Shown here in pieces: positions 20,179-30,094 of a stretch of DNA of 64,000 nucleotides; positions within the stretch are counted from its first letter, which is position 1, and the number at the start of each line of letters is the position of its first letter. The notes under the pieces are model-generated. The model saw nothing but the letters and a program-made list of their open reading frames with translations. It was not told where the DNA came from and did not search any database. Source of the DNA: an uncultured cyanobacterium (GTDB lineage Bacteria > Cyanobacteriota > Cyanobacteriia > Pseudanabaenales > Pseudanabaenaceae). Both the position numbers and the translations under genes were made by a program. The stretch lies in NCBI GenBank assembly GCA_963703315.1, contig OY969811.1, positions 4,192,001 to 4,256,000 on the forward strand, in the 5' to 3' direction.

Positions 20179-22626
20179 TTAATGTGGATAACGCCAGTTC
20201 ACAATTTCGGGCTTATCGATGCCATGCTCGTAGGCATATTGACGACATTCGATTTGCTGATTGCGTAGGTCTTCCTTCGCATGAGCGCCGATATTTTGGA
20301 GCTTCGGCACACGGTCAATCACATCGATCGCCAGACTAAAACGATCAACTTGATTGTTAATCGCAAGTTCCAGAGGCGTATTGATATTGCCTTTCTCCTT
20401 GTAACCACGCACATGGAGATTCTTGTGATTGTTGCGGCGATAGGCGAGACGGTGAATCAACCAAGGATAGCCGTGGAAATTGAAAATGATCGGTTTATCA
20501 GTGGTGAAGAGCGAATCAAAATCGCGATCGCTTAAACCATGAGGATGCTCGGTATCAGGCTGTAACTTGAACAGATCCACGACATTGATAAAGCGAATCT
20601 TCAACTCTGGAAAATGCTCCCATAGCAAGATCGTAGCGGCTAAAGCTTCCTGTGTGAGAATATCACCACAGCCCACCATCACCACATCAGGCTCAGTGCC
20701 TTGATCATTACTTGCCCAATCCCAAATACCTAAGCCCTTAGTACAGTGCTTAATCGCTTCATCCATACTCAAATATTGCAAATGCGATTGCTTGTCACAG
20801 ACAATTACATTCACATAGTCAGTACTTCGCAAACAGTGATCAGAAACTGATAGCAAGGTATTCACATCTGGCGGTAAATAGATGCGGGTTACTTCGGCAC
20901 TCTTGTTGACCACCACATCCAAAAATCCGGGATCTTGGTGAGTAAAACCGTTATGGTCTTGTCGCCATACTGTTGAGGTAATCAACAGATTCAGAGAAGA
21001 GATTGGCGATCGCCAAGGAATCTCTTTACTGATTTCCAACCATTTACAATGCTGGTTAATCATTGAGTCGATTACATGGACAAAGGACTCATAAGTAGAA
21101 AAGAATCCATGTCTACCAGTCAGCAAATACCCCTCTAGCCAACCTTCTAAGGTATGTTCGCTGAGGATTTCCATGACGCGACCATCGGTAGCAAGTTCAC
21201 CACCATCAGCATCTTCGGGTAAGTATTCCGCAATCCAGAACTTCTTGCTGACTTCGTAAATAGCTTGCAATTTATTGGATGTATTTTCATCAGGACCAAA
21301 GACACGGAAGTTCTCCATGTTTTGACGCATCACATCGCGTAGAAATACACCAAGAGGCTTGGTATTCTCTGCTTCAATTGAGCCTGCCTTATCGATTTTC
21401 ACACCGTAATTACGGAAATCGGGCATTCTCAAAGCACGCCGCAGTAACCCACCATTAGCAACAGGGTTTGCACTCATACGGCGATCGCCCTTTGGTGCAA
21501 GTTCCTTCAATTCAGGAATTAATTTGCCTGAAGCATCAAACAATTCATGAGGCTTATAGCTCAGCATCCAATCGGATAGCATTTGCAGATGCTCAGGATT
21601 ATTATGCATTCCCGATAGTGGCACTTGGTGCGCTCTCCAGAACCCCTCAACCTTATGTCCATCGACTGACCCAGGTCCAGTCCAGCCCTTAGGAGTCCGC
21701 AACACAATCATGGGAAATTTGGCGCGTTTGGGAATACCAGTACTGCGGGATTCTTGCTGAATAGACTTAATTTCGTTGATGCAATGTTCGAGGGTAGCGG
21801 CGATCGCCTGATGCATCGACTCAGGATCAGAGCCTTCCACAAAATAAGGTTGATAGCCGTAGCCAATAAAGAGACTTTCTAGCTCTTCATGACTGATCCG
21901 CGAAAGCACCGTAGGATTATTAATCTTGTAGCCATTCAAATGCAGAATTGGTAATACTGCACCGTCACGAATCGGATTGATAAACTTATTAGAATGCCAA
22001 GCAGTTGCAAGCGGACCTGTTTCCGATTCACCGTCACCGACCATGACTACCGAGATCAGATCAGGATTATCAAATACAGTGCCATAGGCATGGGAAACAC
22101 TATAACCAAGTTCACCACCCTCATGGATTGACCCCGGAGTTTCAGGTGTGCAGTGGCTACCAATTCCTCCGGGGAAAGAAAACTGCTTGAAGAAATGCTT
22201 TATTCCTTCTTCGTCTTCACTGACATCATGATAAATCTCAGAATAGGTTCCTTCTAGATAAACAGGTCCTAAAACCCCTGGTGCGCCATGTCCAGGACCA
22301 GCGAGAAAGATGGTATTCAGATCGTATTTTTTAATCAGACGATTCAAATGCGTATAAACAAAACTCAGACCAGGACTTGATCCCCAATGTCCGAGCAAGC
22401 GATTTTTGATATGTTCTGGCTTGAGAGGTTCCCGCAAAAGTGGATTTTCGCGGAGATAGATCATCCCGATCGCTAGATAATTACAAGCTCTCCAATAGGC
22501 ATCGATTTTACGCAATTCATCGGCACTGAGAGGGGTTCCTGCAACGGTGGAGCGGGCAGTGCCATAGCAACTGATTGATGAGTTGAATGATTCTGGATCG
22601 GATATTTTTAGAGGAGTTGTTACCAT
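20179..22626 (-). CDS. xfp: Phosphoketolase (XFP/XPK)
   Basis: [55 protein letters not shown]. Confidence 0.96.
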   Translation of the reverse strand: MVTTPLKISDPESFNSSISCYGTARSTVAGTPLSADELRKIDAYWRACNYLAIGMIYLRENPLLREPLKPEHIKNRLLGHWGSSPGLSFVYTHLNRLIKKYDLNTIFLAGPGHGAPGVLGPVYLEGTYSEIYHDVSEDEEGIKHFFKQFSFPGGIGSHCTPETPGSIHEGGELGYSVSHAYGTVFDNPDLISVVMVGDGESETGPLATAWHSNKFINPIRDGAVLPILHLNGYKINNPTVLSRISHEELESLFIGYGYQPYFVEGSDPESMHQAIAATLEHCINEIKSIQQESRSTGIPKRAKFPMIVLRTPKGWTGPGSVDGHKVEGFWRAHQVPLSGMHNNPEHLQMLSDWMLSYKPHELFDASGKLIPELKELAPKGDRRMSANPVANGGLLRRALRMPDFRNYGVKIDKAGSIEAENTKPLGVFLRDVMRQNMENFRVFGPDENTSNKLQAIYEVSKKFWIAEYLPEDADGGELATDGRVMEILSEHTLEGWLEGYLLTGRHGFFSTYESFVHVIDSMINQHCKWLEISKEIPWRSPISSLNLLITSTVWRQDHNGFTHQDPGFLDVVVNKSAEVTRIYLPPDVNTLLSVSDHCLRSTDYVNVIVCDKQSHLQYLSMDEAIKHCTKGLGIWDWASNDQGTEPDVVMVGCGDILTQEALAATILLWEHFPELKIRFINVVDLFKLQPDTEHPHGLSDRDFDSLFTTDKPIIFNFHGYPWLIHRLAYRRNNHKNLHVRGYKEKGNINTPLELAINNQVDRFSLAIDVIDRVPKLQNIGAHAKEDLRNQQIECRQYAYEHGIDKPEIVNWRYPH

Positions 22627-22772
22627 AAAATTACGATTTGTTCCTGTCGCTAATTAGTGTTTGACTTCTCGCCTCACAACTCTACATGATGTTGTAATGA
22701 TTCTTGGTGTTGTGCATATCTCTTTTATATTTGCGTGTGGTGATCGCTTATATCTAACTACAAGGTTTAGAA

Positions 22773-23022
22773 CTTAAGTACAGGACAAAAAAACAATTGA
22801 TTCGGTAGGGGCATAGCATTCTTGCAACAATTTATCCGTCTCACTAGGTTTGATATACAGGAATGCTCTGCCCTAGATTTAACGCTATCACAGGCTAACT
22901 TTTAACTGCGGAAAGGGTAGAGCATTTGCGAATTAAGATTTTAGTGGAAAGTTGAGAAATTGTGGCGCAAATGCTCTACCCCTACATCAAAATTGTTTGC
23001 CGATTTTTGTCCTGTACTTAGG
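22773..23022. mobile_element. 250-bp non-autonomous MITE with TIRs, an 8-bp TSD and two internal REP-like hairpins
   Basis: Ends CTTAAGTACAGGACAAAAA...TTTTTGTCCTGTACTTAGG. Flanking direct repeat GTTTAGAA at 22765-22772 and 23023-23030. Confidence 0.85.
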
Positions 23023-23067
23023 GTTTAGAATTATAGCGAGTCAGAGTACCAATGAATTTAGGATTAC

Positions 23068-23484
23068 TTAGGATAGGAAAAACTGATAGCTGATGTTTCC
23101 TTCTTCACTAACATTAAAATCCGCGTTTAGTAGCTTTGCTTTATTGTCTAGATATTGCTTTGATTCTTCTAAGGAAAGCTTGGTGACGATCGCGAAATTA
23201 ATTGCTGTAATTTGTCCGTTGTTTTCTTGTAATAGTTCTAAAAAAGTAGTCTCAATTTGGCTGTAGCGTTCTTTTTCTAACTGTTCTTGTTTCTTTCTCA
23301 ACCCCCATACAATCCAAGCACCACCAGCTATTGGCGGCACACCAAGAATTATGCCCCCTAGTGCAGCACTTCTATCTTTTTCTGTAGGATTTTTTGTACT
23401 AATTGATGCAACTGTAACAGTCAAAAATATAAAACTAAACGAAAAAAGAATACCTGCGAATAGTTTCTGCATATATCCAAACAT
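23068..23484 (-). CDS. Hypothetical membrane protein (2 TM plus wHTH-like C-terminus)
   Basis: ORF 23068..23562. The upstream extension runs into a repeat, so the start is probably MFGYMQK (23484) or the next Met. Confidence 0.65.
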   Translation of the reverse strand: MFGYMQKLFAGILFSFSFIFLTVTVASISTKNPTEKDRSAALGGIILGVPPIAGGAWIVWGLRKKQEQLEKERYSQIETTFLELLQENNGQITAINFAIVTKLSLEESKQYLDNKAKLLNADFNVSEEGNISYQFFLS

Positions 23485-23532
23485 CAAAGCGTGGTTTCCA
23501 TAAATATAGCAAAATAGTGTAATCATGATTTT

Positions 23533-23647
23533 TATAGCTGTCGCTAGTCTTGTTAAGACCAAACCTCAAGAAGTAAGTGGTGGCGCTTCGCGCCACCACT
23601 TACTTCTTGAGGTTTGATTTGACCTAATACAAATGGCGACAGCTATA
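23533..23647. mobile_element. 115-bp palindromic miniature element (TATAGCTGTCGC TIRs)
   Basis: TATAGCTGTCGC...GCGACAGCTATA with central perfect hairpin AAACCTCAAGAAGTAAGTGGTGGCGC-TTC-GCGCCACCACTTACTTCTTGAGGTTT. Confidence 0.75.
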
Positions 23648-23754
23648 TTTGGGGCAAAATGCATAGGGAATCAAATTTTGTTGTCAAAAAAAGTTAACAT
23701 TAACTTAACAATTCTAGAAACCGCTCTAACTCAAACCTCTTAAACTCAAACGTC

Positions 23755-24957
23755 ATGGCTCGACAACTCAAAAACATTGCACCGCATGGTGGTCAACTGA
23801 TTAATCGCATTGCCTCAGAAGCACAAAAAGAAGTTTTTTATAGCAAAGCTGACCACTTACCAGTTGTGCAACTGACTGAGCGATCGCTCTCCGATCTAGA
23901 GTTAATAGCGATCGGTGGATTTAGCCCACTGACTGGCTTTTTAGGTAAAGCTGACTATGAGTCCGTAGTTTTAAATATGCGTCTCGCCAATGGCTTGCCT
24001 TGGTCGATTCCCATTACTTTGCCTGTCACCTCTGAGATTGCCGATACCTTAAGCGTTGGTAACCTTGTCCGTCTTAATGATCCCAATGGCGTATTTATTG
24101 GCGTATTAGAACTAAGCGAAAAATACAAATACGACAAACTCAAGGAATCAATCCATGTCTATCGCACCAACGAAGAACGTCATCCTGGGGTCAAGGTGGT
24201 CTATGCCCAAGGTGATGTGTATCTGGCTGGCGATGTCTGGTTATTAGAGCGTCGTCCGCATCCACTTTTCCCTACCTATCAGATCGATCCTGTGGATTCT
24301 CGCGAGTTATTCATCGAAAAAGGTTGGCGCACCATTGTCGGTTTCCAAACCCGCAATCCGATCCACCGCGCCCATGAATATATTCAAAAATGTGCGCTAG
24401 AAATCGTCGATGGTTTATTCCTGCATCCATTGGTCGGCGCAACTAAAAGCGATGATGTACCCGCCGATGTGCGGATGCGTTGCTATGAAATCATGTTGGA
24501 GCATTACTTCCCATTAGATCGGGTAACTCTCGCAATTAATCCTGCGGCAATGCGTTACGCAGGTCCTCGCGAAGCAATTTTCCATGCCTTGATTCGCAAA
24601 AATTATGGCTGTACTCACTTCATCGTCGGGCGCGATCATGCAGGGGTGGGCGACTATTACGGAACCTATGACGCACAACATATTTTCTACGAATTTGAAG
24701 ATGGCGAATTGGGAATCACGCCTTTGATGTTTGAACACGCTTTCTATTGCAAACGCGCTCAGGGTATGGCAACTACCAAAACCAGTGCTAGCCTCCCCGA
24801 AGAGCGAGTTCATCTCTCAGGTACAAAAGTCCGCGAGATGCTCCGTCGTGGTGAATGTCCTCCTCCAGAGTTCTCCCGTCCTGAAGTAGCGGCAGAGTTA
24901 GCGAAAGTGATGCACAAAATGGCGATCGAGGAAGCTTCTACAGGTTTCGAGATCTAA
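23755..24957 (+). CDS. sat: Sulfate adenylyltransferase
   Basis: [38 protein letters not shown]. Confidence 0.97.
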   Translation: MARQLKNIAPHGGQLINRIASEAQKEVFYSKADHLPVVQLTERSLSDLELIAIGGFSPLTGFLGKADYESVVLNMRLANGLPWSIPITLPVTSEIADTLSVGNLVRLNDPNGVFIGVLELSEKYKYDKLKESIHVYRTNEERHPGVKVVYAQGDVYLAGDVWLLERRPHPLFPTYQIDPVDSRELFIEKGWRTIVGFQTRNPIHRAHEYIQKCALEIVDGLFLHPLVGATKSDDVPADVRMRCYEIMLEHYFPLDRVTLAINPAAMRYAGPREAIFHALIRKNYGCTHFIVGRDHAGVGDYYGTYDAQHIFYEFEDGELGITPLMFEHAFYCKRAQGMATTKTSASLPEERVHLSGTKVREMLRRGECPPPEFSRPEVAAELAKVMHKMAIEEASTGFEI

Positions 24958-24997
24958 ATAAATGGAGGAGGCGCGGAAGCGCCTCCTCCATTTATTT
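24956..24997. terminator. Bidirectional hairpin between convergent sat and csaB
   Basis: AAATAAATGGAGGAGGCGC-GGAA-GCGCCTCCTCCATTTATTT. Confidence 0.75.
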
Positions 24998-25007
24998 GGG
25001 TTTATTG

Positions 25008-26048
25008 CTACATCAATATTTGTTGATGAATGAAAGCTTGTTGTTTGAAATGATGAATCCGATCGCTAAGTAACTGATTATAATTTTCCAGATCCTTTGT
25101 CCAAATATCTGTAAGTACTTGAGCATCATCAGGTAAGTTCTCTAGTTCCCAACCAGAAATACCTAACTCTTCCATCAGATAAGAGACTTTTGGATCATAG
25201 CTAATTGCCGAACAATGACAACCTTCCGATGCTGCCATGATCAGACCATGTAAGCGCATGGCGATCGCTAAATCCACACCGTGAAAAATTCCCTTCAGAC
25301 GACGCGGATCTTTTTGAATGATTACTTGACTATGATTAGGAACCTTCTCATTGAGAGAGTCACAAATTGCTTGGGCGATCGCTTTATCTTGAGATGGTTG
25401 AAAGGGAATTAGCAAAATCTGGGCATCGGTCTGCCTTTGCAAATTTTGTAAAGCTTCCGTAATCGTAGCAAGGCGACAAGACGTTAATTGAGGATGCGAT
25501 CGCAAAACTACGGCTACACGAGGTTTTGATAAATCACGATACATATTAATCGGAGTTGCTTCTAACGCCCATACAGGATCAGGCGCAACGACACTCTCGA
25601 CTTGCCAATCAGCTAATAACTCTGCCGAATAGCGATCGCGCACCGATACCGCATTACAACCTTGAAAAGCTCGTTTTCCAATCCATTGACTCAACTTACG
25701 CTTTAAAGGACCAACCCCCTGCGCCCATGCGATCGTTTGCAGTCCCATCCCCTGCGCTAGCCCCATCAGTCCACCGTAATAAATCGGATTTCTGGCACTA
25801 GTGGCATCTTGCATCAAGCTACCGCCCCCCCAAATAAATAAATCTGATTGTTTCAAAACATTGATCAGACTAAAGACTGAATAGCGATCGCTTGCCTCGA
25901 CTTGATGTAAATCTTCGGTAACCTTTGGTTTTGCTGATAGTACAAGCGGTTGGATATCCTTTGGTAACATTTGCAACAAGGTAGCTAGCAAAGCTTCATC
26001 ACCACCATTCCCCATTCCGTAATATCCACATAAAACCGCACGTCGCAT
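25008..26048 (-). CDS. csaB: Polysaccharide pyruvyl transferase CsaB
   Basis: GYYGMGNGGDEA, WGGGSLMQDATS, VSVRD, AMRLHGLI, ISYDPKV. Confidence 0.92.
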   Translation of the reverse strand: MRRAVLCGYYGMGNGGDEALLATLLQMLPKDIQPLVLSAKPKVTEDLHQVEASDRYSVFSLINVLKQSDLFIWGGGSLMQDATSARNPIYYGGLMGLAQGMGLQTIAWAQGVGPLKRKLSQWIGKRAFQGCNAVSVRDRYSAELLADWQVESVVAPDPVWALEATPINMYRDLSKPRVAVVLRSHPQLTSCRLATITEALQNLQRQTDAQILLIPFQPSQDKAIAQAICDSLNEKVPNHSQVIIQKDPRRLKGIFHGVDLAIAMRLHGLIMAASEGCHCSAISYDPKVSYLMEELGISGWELENLPDDAQVLTDIWTKDLENYNQLLSDRIHHFKQQAFIHQQILM

Positions 26049-26109
26049 ACTTCTTAATCCAACTATTTTTCAGTATTTCTTCCGCAATCTAATTGTCGCG
26101 CATTTAGAT

Positions 26110-26160
26110 CCAAATTAAAGAGAGTTACGGCGCTTTGCGCCGTAACTCTCTTTAATTTGG
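26110..26160. repeat. Perfect REP-like hairpin
   Basis: CCAAATTAAAGAGAGTTACGGCGC-TTT-GCGCCGTAACTCTCTTTAATTTGG. Confidence 0.75.
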
Positions 26161-26161
26161 G

Positions 26162-26659
26162 TTAGGATAACTCGCCAAAAGTGGCACTTACTACTAGCAT
26201 CACGCCAATTAACAACCAAATGAGGGGCATTAGGTCAGTGTTAATCAAACTACTACCTAGCTGGAACAAGGCGATCGCAATGCCCGTAATACTAGCGATC
26301 GCGATCGCCAAAAACCAATGCCAACGAAAATGACTAGATCGTTTAGATCGCTTTTTTAAAATATTAGTGTATGAATTTTGAGGATAGACTTGAGTTTGAT
26401 GAGTCTTAGAATGATTGATTTTAGATAGAGAATGATTGATTGGTAGAGTTTTTTGCCCTTTTGGTAATGATCTGGTCGATATTTTCTGCTTGAATCGTGA
26501 TTTTAAGATTTTAGGGCTATATATACGGGTTTCAATTTTCTTGAGACGTAACCAAAATAGGATAAACAGGGCGATCGCGATCGCGCTTAGCACAACTGCT
26601 AACTTGACTAAGAAAAGCAGCAAGTCCATGTTTTCTTGAAGAGATAAAACAAATGCCAT
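26162..26659 (-). CDS. Hypothetical membrane protein (3 TM, basic loop)
   Basis: 165-aa ORF with hydrophobic segments; contains HIP1 sites like native genes. Confidence 0.6.
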   Translation of the reverse strand: MAFVLSLQENMDLLLFLVKLAVVLSAIAIALFILFWLRLKKIETRIYSPKILKSRFKQKISTRSLPKGQKTLPINHSLSKINHSKTHQTQVYPQNSYTNILKKRSKRSSHFRWHWFLAIAIASITGIAIALFQLGSSLINTDLMPLIWLLIGVMLVVSATFGELS

Positions 26660-26738
26660 ATATGCTGCAATTAAGCCAAATTGCGGATTTATTACAAATT
26701 ATTGTGACACCTCGCTCTAAAATCCACGAACTAGAAAT

Positions 26739-26774
26739 CGTCAGCAAAAATGTCAGCAAAAATGTCAGCAAAAA
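26739..26774. repeat. 12-bp tandem repeat x3 (GTCAGCAAAAAT)
   Basis: GTCAGCAAAAAT GTCAGCAAAAAT GTCAGCAAAAAC, intergenic. Confidence 0.8.
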
Positions 26775-26791
26775 CATGACACCCTCAAAAT

Positions 26792-26860
26792 AAAAGAAGT
26801 CAGCGCGAAGCGCTGACTTCTTTTTAAGCAAAGGGGGGCGCATTGCGCCCCCTTTGCTTA
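26792..26860. repeat. Two tandem REP-like hairpins
   Basis: AAAAGAAGTCAGCGC-GAA-GCGCTGACTTCTTTT and TAAGCAAAGGGGGGCGC-ATT-GCGCCCCCTTTGCTTA. Confidence 0.7.
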
Positions 26861-27220
26861 GGTTTGGCTACTGCTCAGATAGGTTAATTCCACATTTGGA
26901 GCAAGCGTAATCACATCACCATTACGCAGATCATAGGAAGAAGCGATTTTCATGTGATGGTTAATAATTACACCATTGACACTGGGTTTTCCAGATAGAT
27001 CCCCATCAATAATTCGATACAAATAACGACCACCCTCCCCAGGGACACGTAGCAACACCGCGTGTTGACGCGAAACAAATCGTGAATAAAGTTGGATATT
27101 ATTATTCACATCCCGCCCGATTGTATACTTTAAGCCATCAAGTGCGAGTTTTCTACTACCTCTCGCATCTGTGATTAATAGCGTGTGACTAACGTGTATT
27201 TCGCTCATTAGCTCACCCAA
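26858..27220 (-). CDS. Stand-alone FHA domain protein
   Basis: YTIGR, FVSRQHA, S.NG, LRNGDVI. Confidence 0.9.
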   Translation of the reverse strand: MGELMSEIHVSHTLLITDARGSRKLALDGLKYTIGRDVNNNIQLYSRFVSRQHAVLLRVPGEGGRYLYRIIDGDLSGKPSVNGVIINHHMKIASSYDLRNGDVITLAPNVELTYLSSSQT

Positions 27221-27382
27221 AAGAAGAAGTAGATGTCGCTTACCAGCGAAAAGTATATGCTACTGGTATGCATTTAGTGTAATCTCGCTCTACTTTACTC
27301 TACAAACTGATTGAATTATAGATTTTTTATCAATGGTTAGCACAGTATCTTCATCTAACATATCAAATTTAAGTTGAAGATC

Positions 27383-27796
27383 TCAATTTATCGTGGGTGC
27401 AAGATACAAAATATGTACCTCAGGCGCAAAGGTAATAATATCGCCATTCTGTAGATTGTAGGAAGATATTTTGCGTGATGCGTTTAAGACAATCCCATTT
27501 TTGCTACGTTTACCTGAAGCGCTACCATCAATAATCCGATATGTATGCGGTTGATGGCGCTGGCGGGCTTTGATTAAGATTGCGTGATAACGAGAAACAA
27601 AATCAGAATTTAAGCGTACAGTATTATCATCTTCACGACCAATTGTATACTGCTCATCAACTAGAGAGATCTTCCGAGTCCCACTATTGTCAGTGACTAC
27701 TAGAGTAGGTACGGGGGAAAGATTGATGCTAATTTCTGACTCTTCATGGATGTTGGCTTCCGACTCTTCATAGGTTTGGTTGGTCATATTCTTCAC
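27383..27796 (-). CDS. Stand-alone FHA domain protein (paralogue)
   Basis: YTIGR, FVSRYHA, SKNG, LQNGDII. Confidence 0.9.
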   Translation of the reverse strand: MKNMTNQTYEESEANIHEESEISINLSPVPTLVVTDNSGTRKISLVDEQYTIGREDDNTVRLNSDFVSRYHAILIKARQRHQPHTYRIIDGSASGKRSKNGIVLNASRKISSYNLQNGDIITFAPEVHILYLAPTIN

Positions 27797-28013
27797 TAAC
27801 TCTTTAGAGCTGCTTGGGTTTTGGTTTGTACTAGCTAACTCTTTTTTGGCTATACCTCGACATAATTAAAAAATGCATTCATAAGCTAGGTTGCAGGCTG
27901 AGGGTGCAACTAAAAATTTAGCAAACTCTACCCATGATTTGTATCCGTCAAATTAACCTATAGTTGTAAGGGAGTAAAAGTATCTTTTAGATTATATTCG
28001 GAGAAATATTGCA

Positions 28014-29121
28014 GTGGACGTTACGGAGATCGCACGCCAAACTCAACTCCTATCTCAGCGCCTGAGCAAAGCTCAGGACTATCTTTGACGTACCTGCGAT
28101 CGCGGCAAAAATTAGTGACTTAGAGCAAACTGCTGCCCAACCAGAATTTTGGGAAAATAGCGACCAAGCGCAAAAAATAATGCGTGAGTTAGATGGACTC
28201 AAATCCCATCTTGAAAAATTTGCTCATTGGCGCAAGACCATCGAAAACCTTGAGGCGATCGCTGAATTGCTTGCCCTTGAGGATGATCCTTCCCTCGCTA
28301 ATGAAGCTAATCAAAGTCTTCAGCAACTATTGCAAGAATTAGATCGTTGGGATCTAGAGCAGTTACTTTCTGGCAAATATGACAAATATGACGCAGTTTT
28401 AACGATTAATGCGGGTGCTGGTGGTACGGACTCCCAAGATTGGACAGAAATGTTGCTGCGAATGTATACCCGTTTTTGTCAGTCTCAGGGCTATAAGGTG
28501 GAAATTTCCGAAATATCTGAGGGTGAAGAAGCGGGCATAAAGTCCGTAACTTTGCTCGTGCATGGACGCTATGCCTATGGTTATCTTGCGCCTGAAAAAG
28601 GCACTCATCGCCTTGTCCGAATTTCGCCCTTTAATGCCAATGACAAGCGCCAAACTAGCTTTGCGGGTGTAGAAATAATGCCCTTGCTCGAAGAAGATGT
28701 CGATCTAGAAATTGATCCAAAAGAGTTAGAAATTACGACCACTAGGGCTGGTGGTAAGGGTGGTCAAAACGTAAATAAAGTGGAGACAGCAGTACGAATT
28801 ACCCATTTACCCACAGGAATTTCGGTACGCTGTACGCAAGAGCGATCGCAGTTGCAAAACAAAGAAAATGCCATGCGATTACTTAAGGCAAAGTTGCTCA
28901 TCATTGCCCAAGAGCAACGCGCCCAGAAAATCGCCGATATTCGTGGAGATATGGTAGAGGCGGCTTGGGGTAACCAAATTCGTAACTATGTGTTTCATCC
29001 TTACCAATTGGTCAAGGATTTACGCACAGGTGAAGAAACTACAAATATTCAAAATGTGATGGATGGAGATCTTGATCCCTTCATTCAGTCATATTTGCGG
29101 CAACAAAATCAGCCAATTTAA
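28014..29121 (+). CDS. prfB: Peptide chain release factor 2 with programmed +1 frameshift
   Basis: GTG at 28014 gives 24 codons ending CAG GAC TAT CTT TGA C (TGA 28086-28088). The +1 frame from 28087 is open into ORF 28180..29121, which has the SPF and GGQ motifs. Confidence 0.95.
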
Positions 29122-29174
29122 GTCAATATTTGTTATACGTCCTTAGAGTTTTTGGCGATTAATGGCGATCGATT

Positions 29175-29756
29175 ATGAATAGTTGGTATCAGAGACATTC
29201 GGTTGATCTACAAGATCATTTAACAAATCATGGTTTAAAGCATGATTTAAAAAGTCGTGTTAAAAAATATCTGGGTCGTGGCATTGGGGCGATCAGTTTA
29301 TTTGGTTTGTCCATAGTCATCAGCGCGATCGCCGATCCCTTGATTCATGGCGATCGCCTCTCAGCTTCGGCGGAAACCTGTACAAAATCATCATCTCTGC
29401 AAAATTTTCTGACTAAAGTTACCTTTGGGGATGACCATATTACTCGATATGCATCGGCAGCTAATGCGATCGAAAACAAACGTTTAGAAGTTTTCCGTGC
29501 CGCCAAGAAAAATGAAAACTGGAGTACGGTCGCCAAGGTCGCAGAATCTCAACAAACTAAGGTCTGCGACCTTGCTAATCCACCAGAATTCTTACAATCT
29601 CTCTGCAAACAATTACGCAGTTATAGTGAAGAAACAATTTGTCATTATGGATTTAGTACCAAAGAATTCAATCAAATTACCCTTGAGCAAATGCAAAATG
29701 CTCAGCTAAGAAGCTTGATCCAAGACAAACAAATGCAACTGCGAGGCAAAAAATAG
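29175..29756 (+). CDS. DUF4168-like exported protein
   Basis: Signal/TM segment, then YA.AA..IE..R, paired Cys and ..FNQIT...Q, as in cyanobacterial DUF4168. Confidence 0.65.
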   Translation: MNSWYQRHSVDLQDHLTNHGLKHDLKSRVKKYLGRGIGAISLFGLSIVISAIADPLIHGDRLSASAETCTKSSSLQNFLTKVTFGDDHITRYASAANAIENKRLEVFRAAKKNENWSTVAKVAESQQTKVCDLANPPEFLQSLCKQLRSYSEETICHYGFSTKEFNQITLEQMQNAQLRSLIQDKQMQLRGKK

Positions 29757-29769
29757 GTCTATTCAATTC

Positions 29770-29926
29770 AGAGTTGTAGTACTTCGTGCTGCAACTCTAA
29801 TTTATTTCTGTCACCAGTCTTAAACCAGAAGCGAGTGGCGACGCTTTGCGCCGCCACTCGCTTCTGGGATTTTGAATAGCAAACAAAAAAAGAGTCGGGC
29901 TTAGCCCGACTCTTTTTTGTTTGCTA
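29770..29926. repeat. Cluster of three REP-like hairpins
   Basis: AGAGTTGTAGTAC-TTC-GTGCTGCAACTCT; CCAGAAGCGAGTGGCGACGC-TTT-GCGCCGCCACTCGCTTCTGG; TAGCAAACAAAAAAAGAGTCGGGC-TTA-GCCCGACTCTTTTTTGTTTGCTA. Confidence 0.7.
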
Positions 29927-30094
29927 AAACGCTCAAAATCGTCTATAAGAAACAAGGCAAAATCAGACATCTACGATGTTAGTCATGATTATTTTTTCTT
30001 GTGCTATTGACAATGGTCACTTACAGTCTATAATCCCTCCATCGTTTAGTATGCCCAGTGCTACAAAAGCTACAAAACTCGTAAAGACACGCTT

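Noticed and set aside
26532..26843. 103-aa minus-strand ORF with FLLT repeats
   Set aside because: Arises from hairpins and the 12-bp tandem repeat, and overlaps a better ORF.
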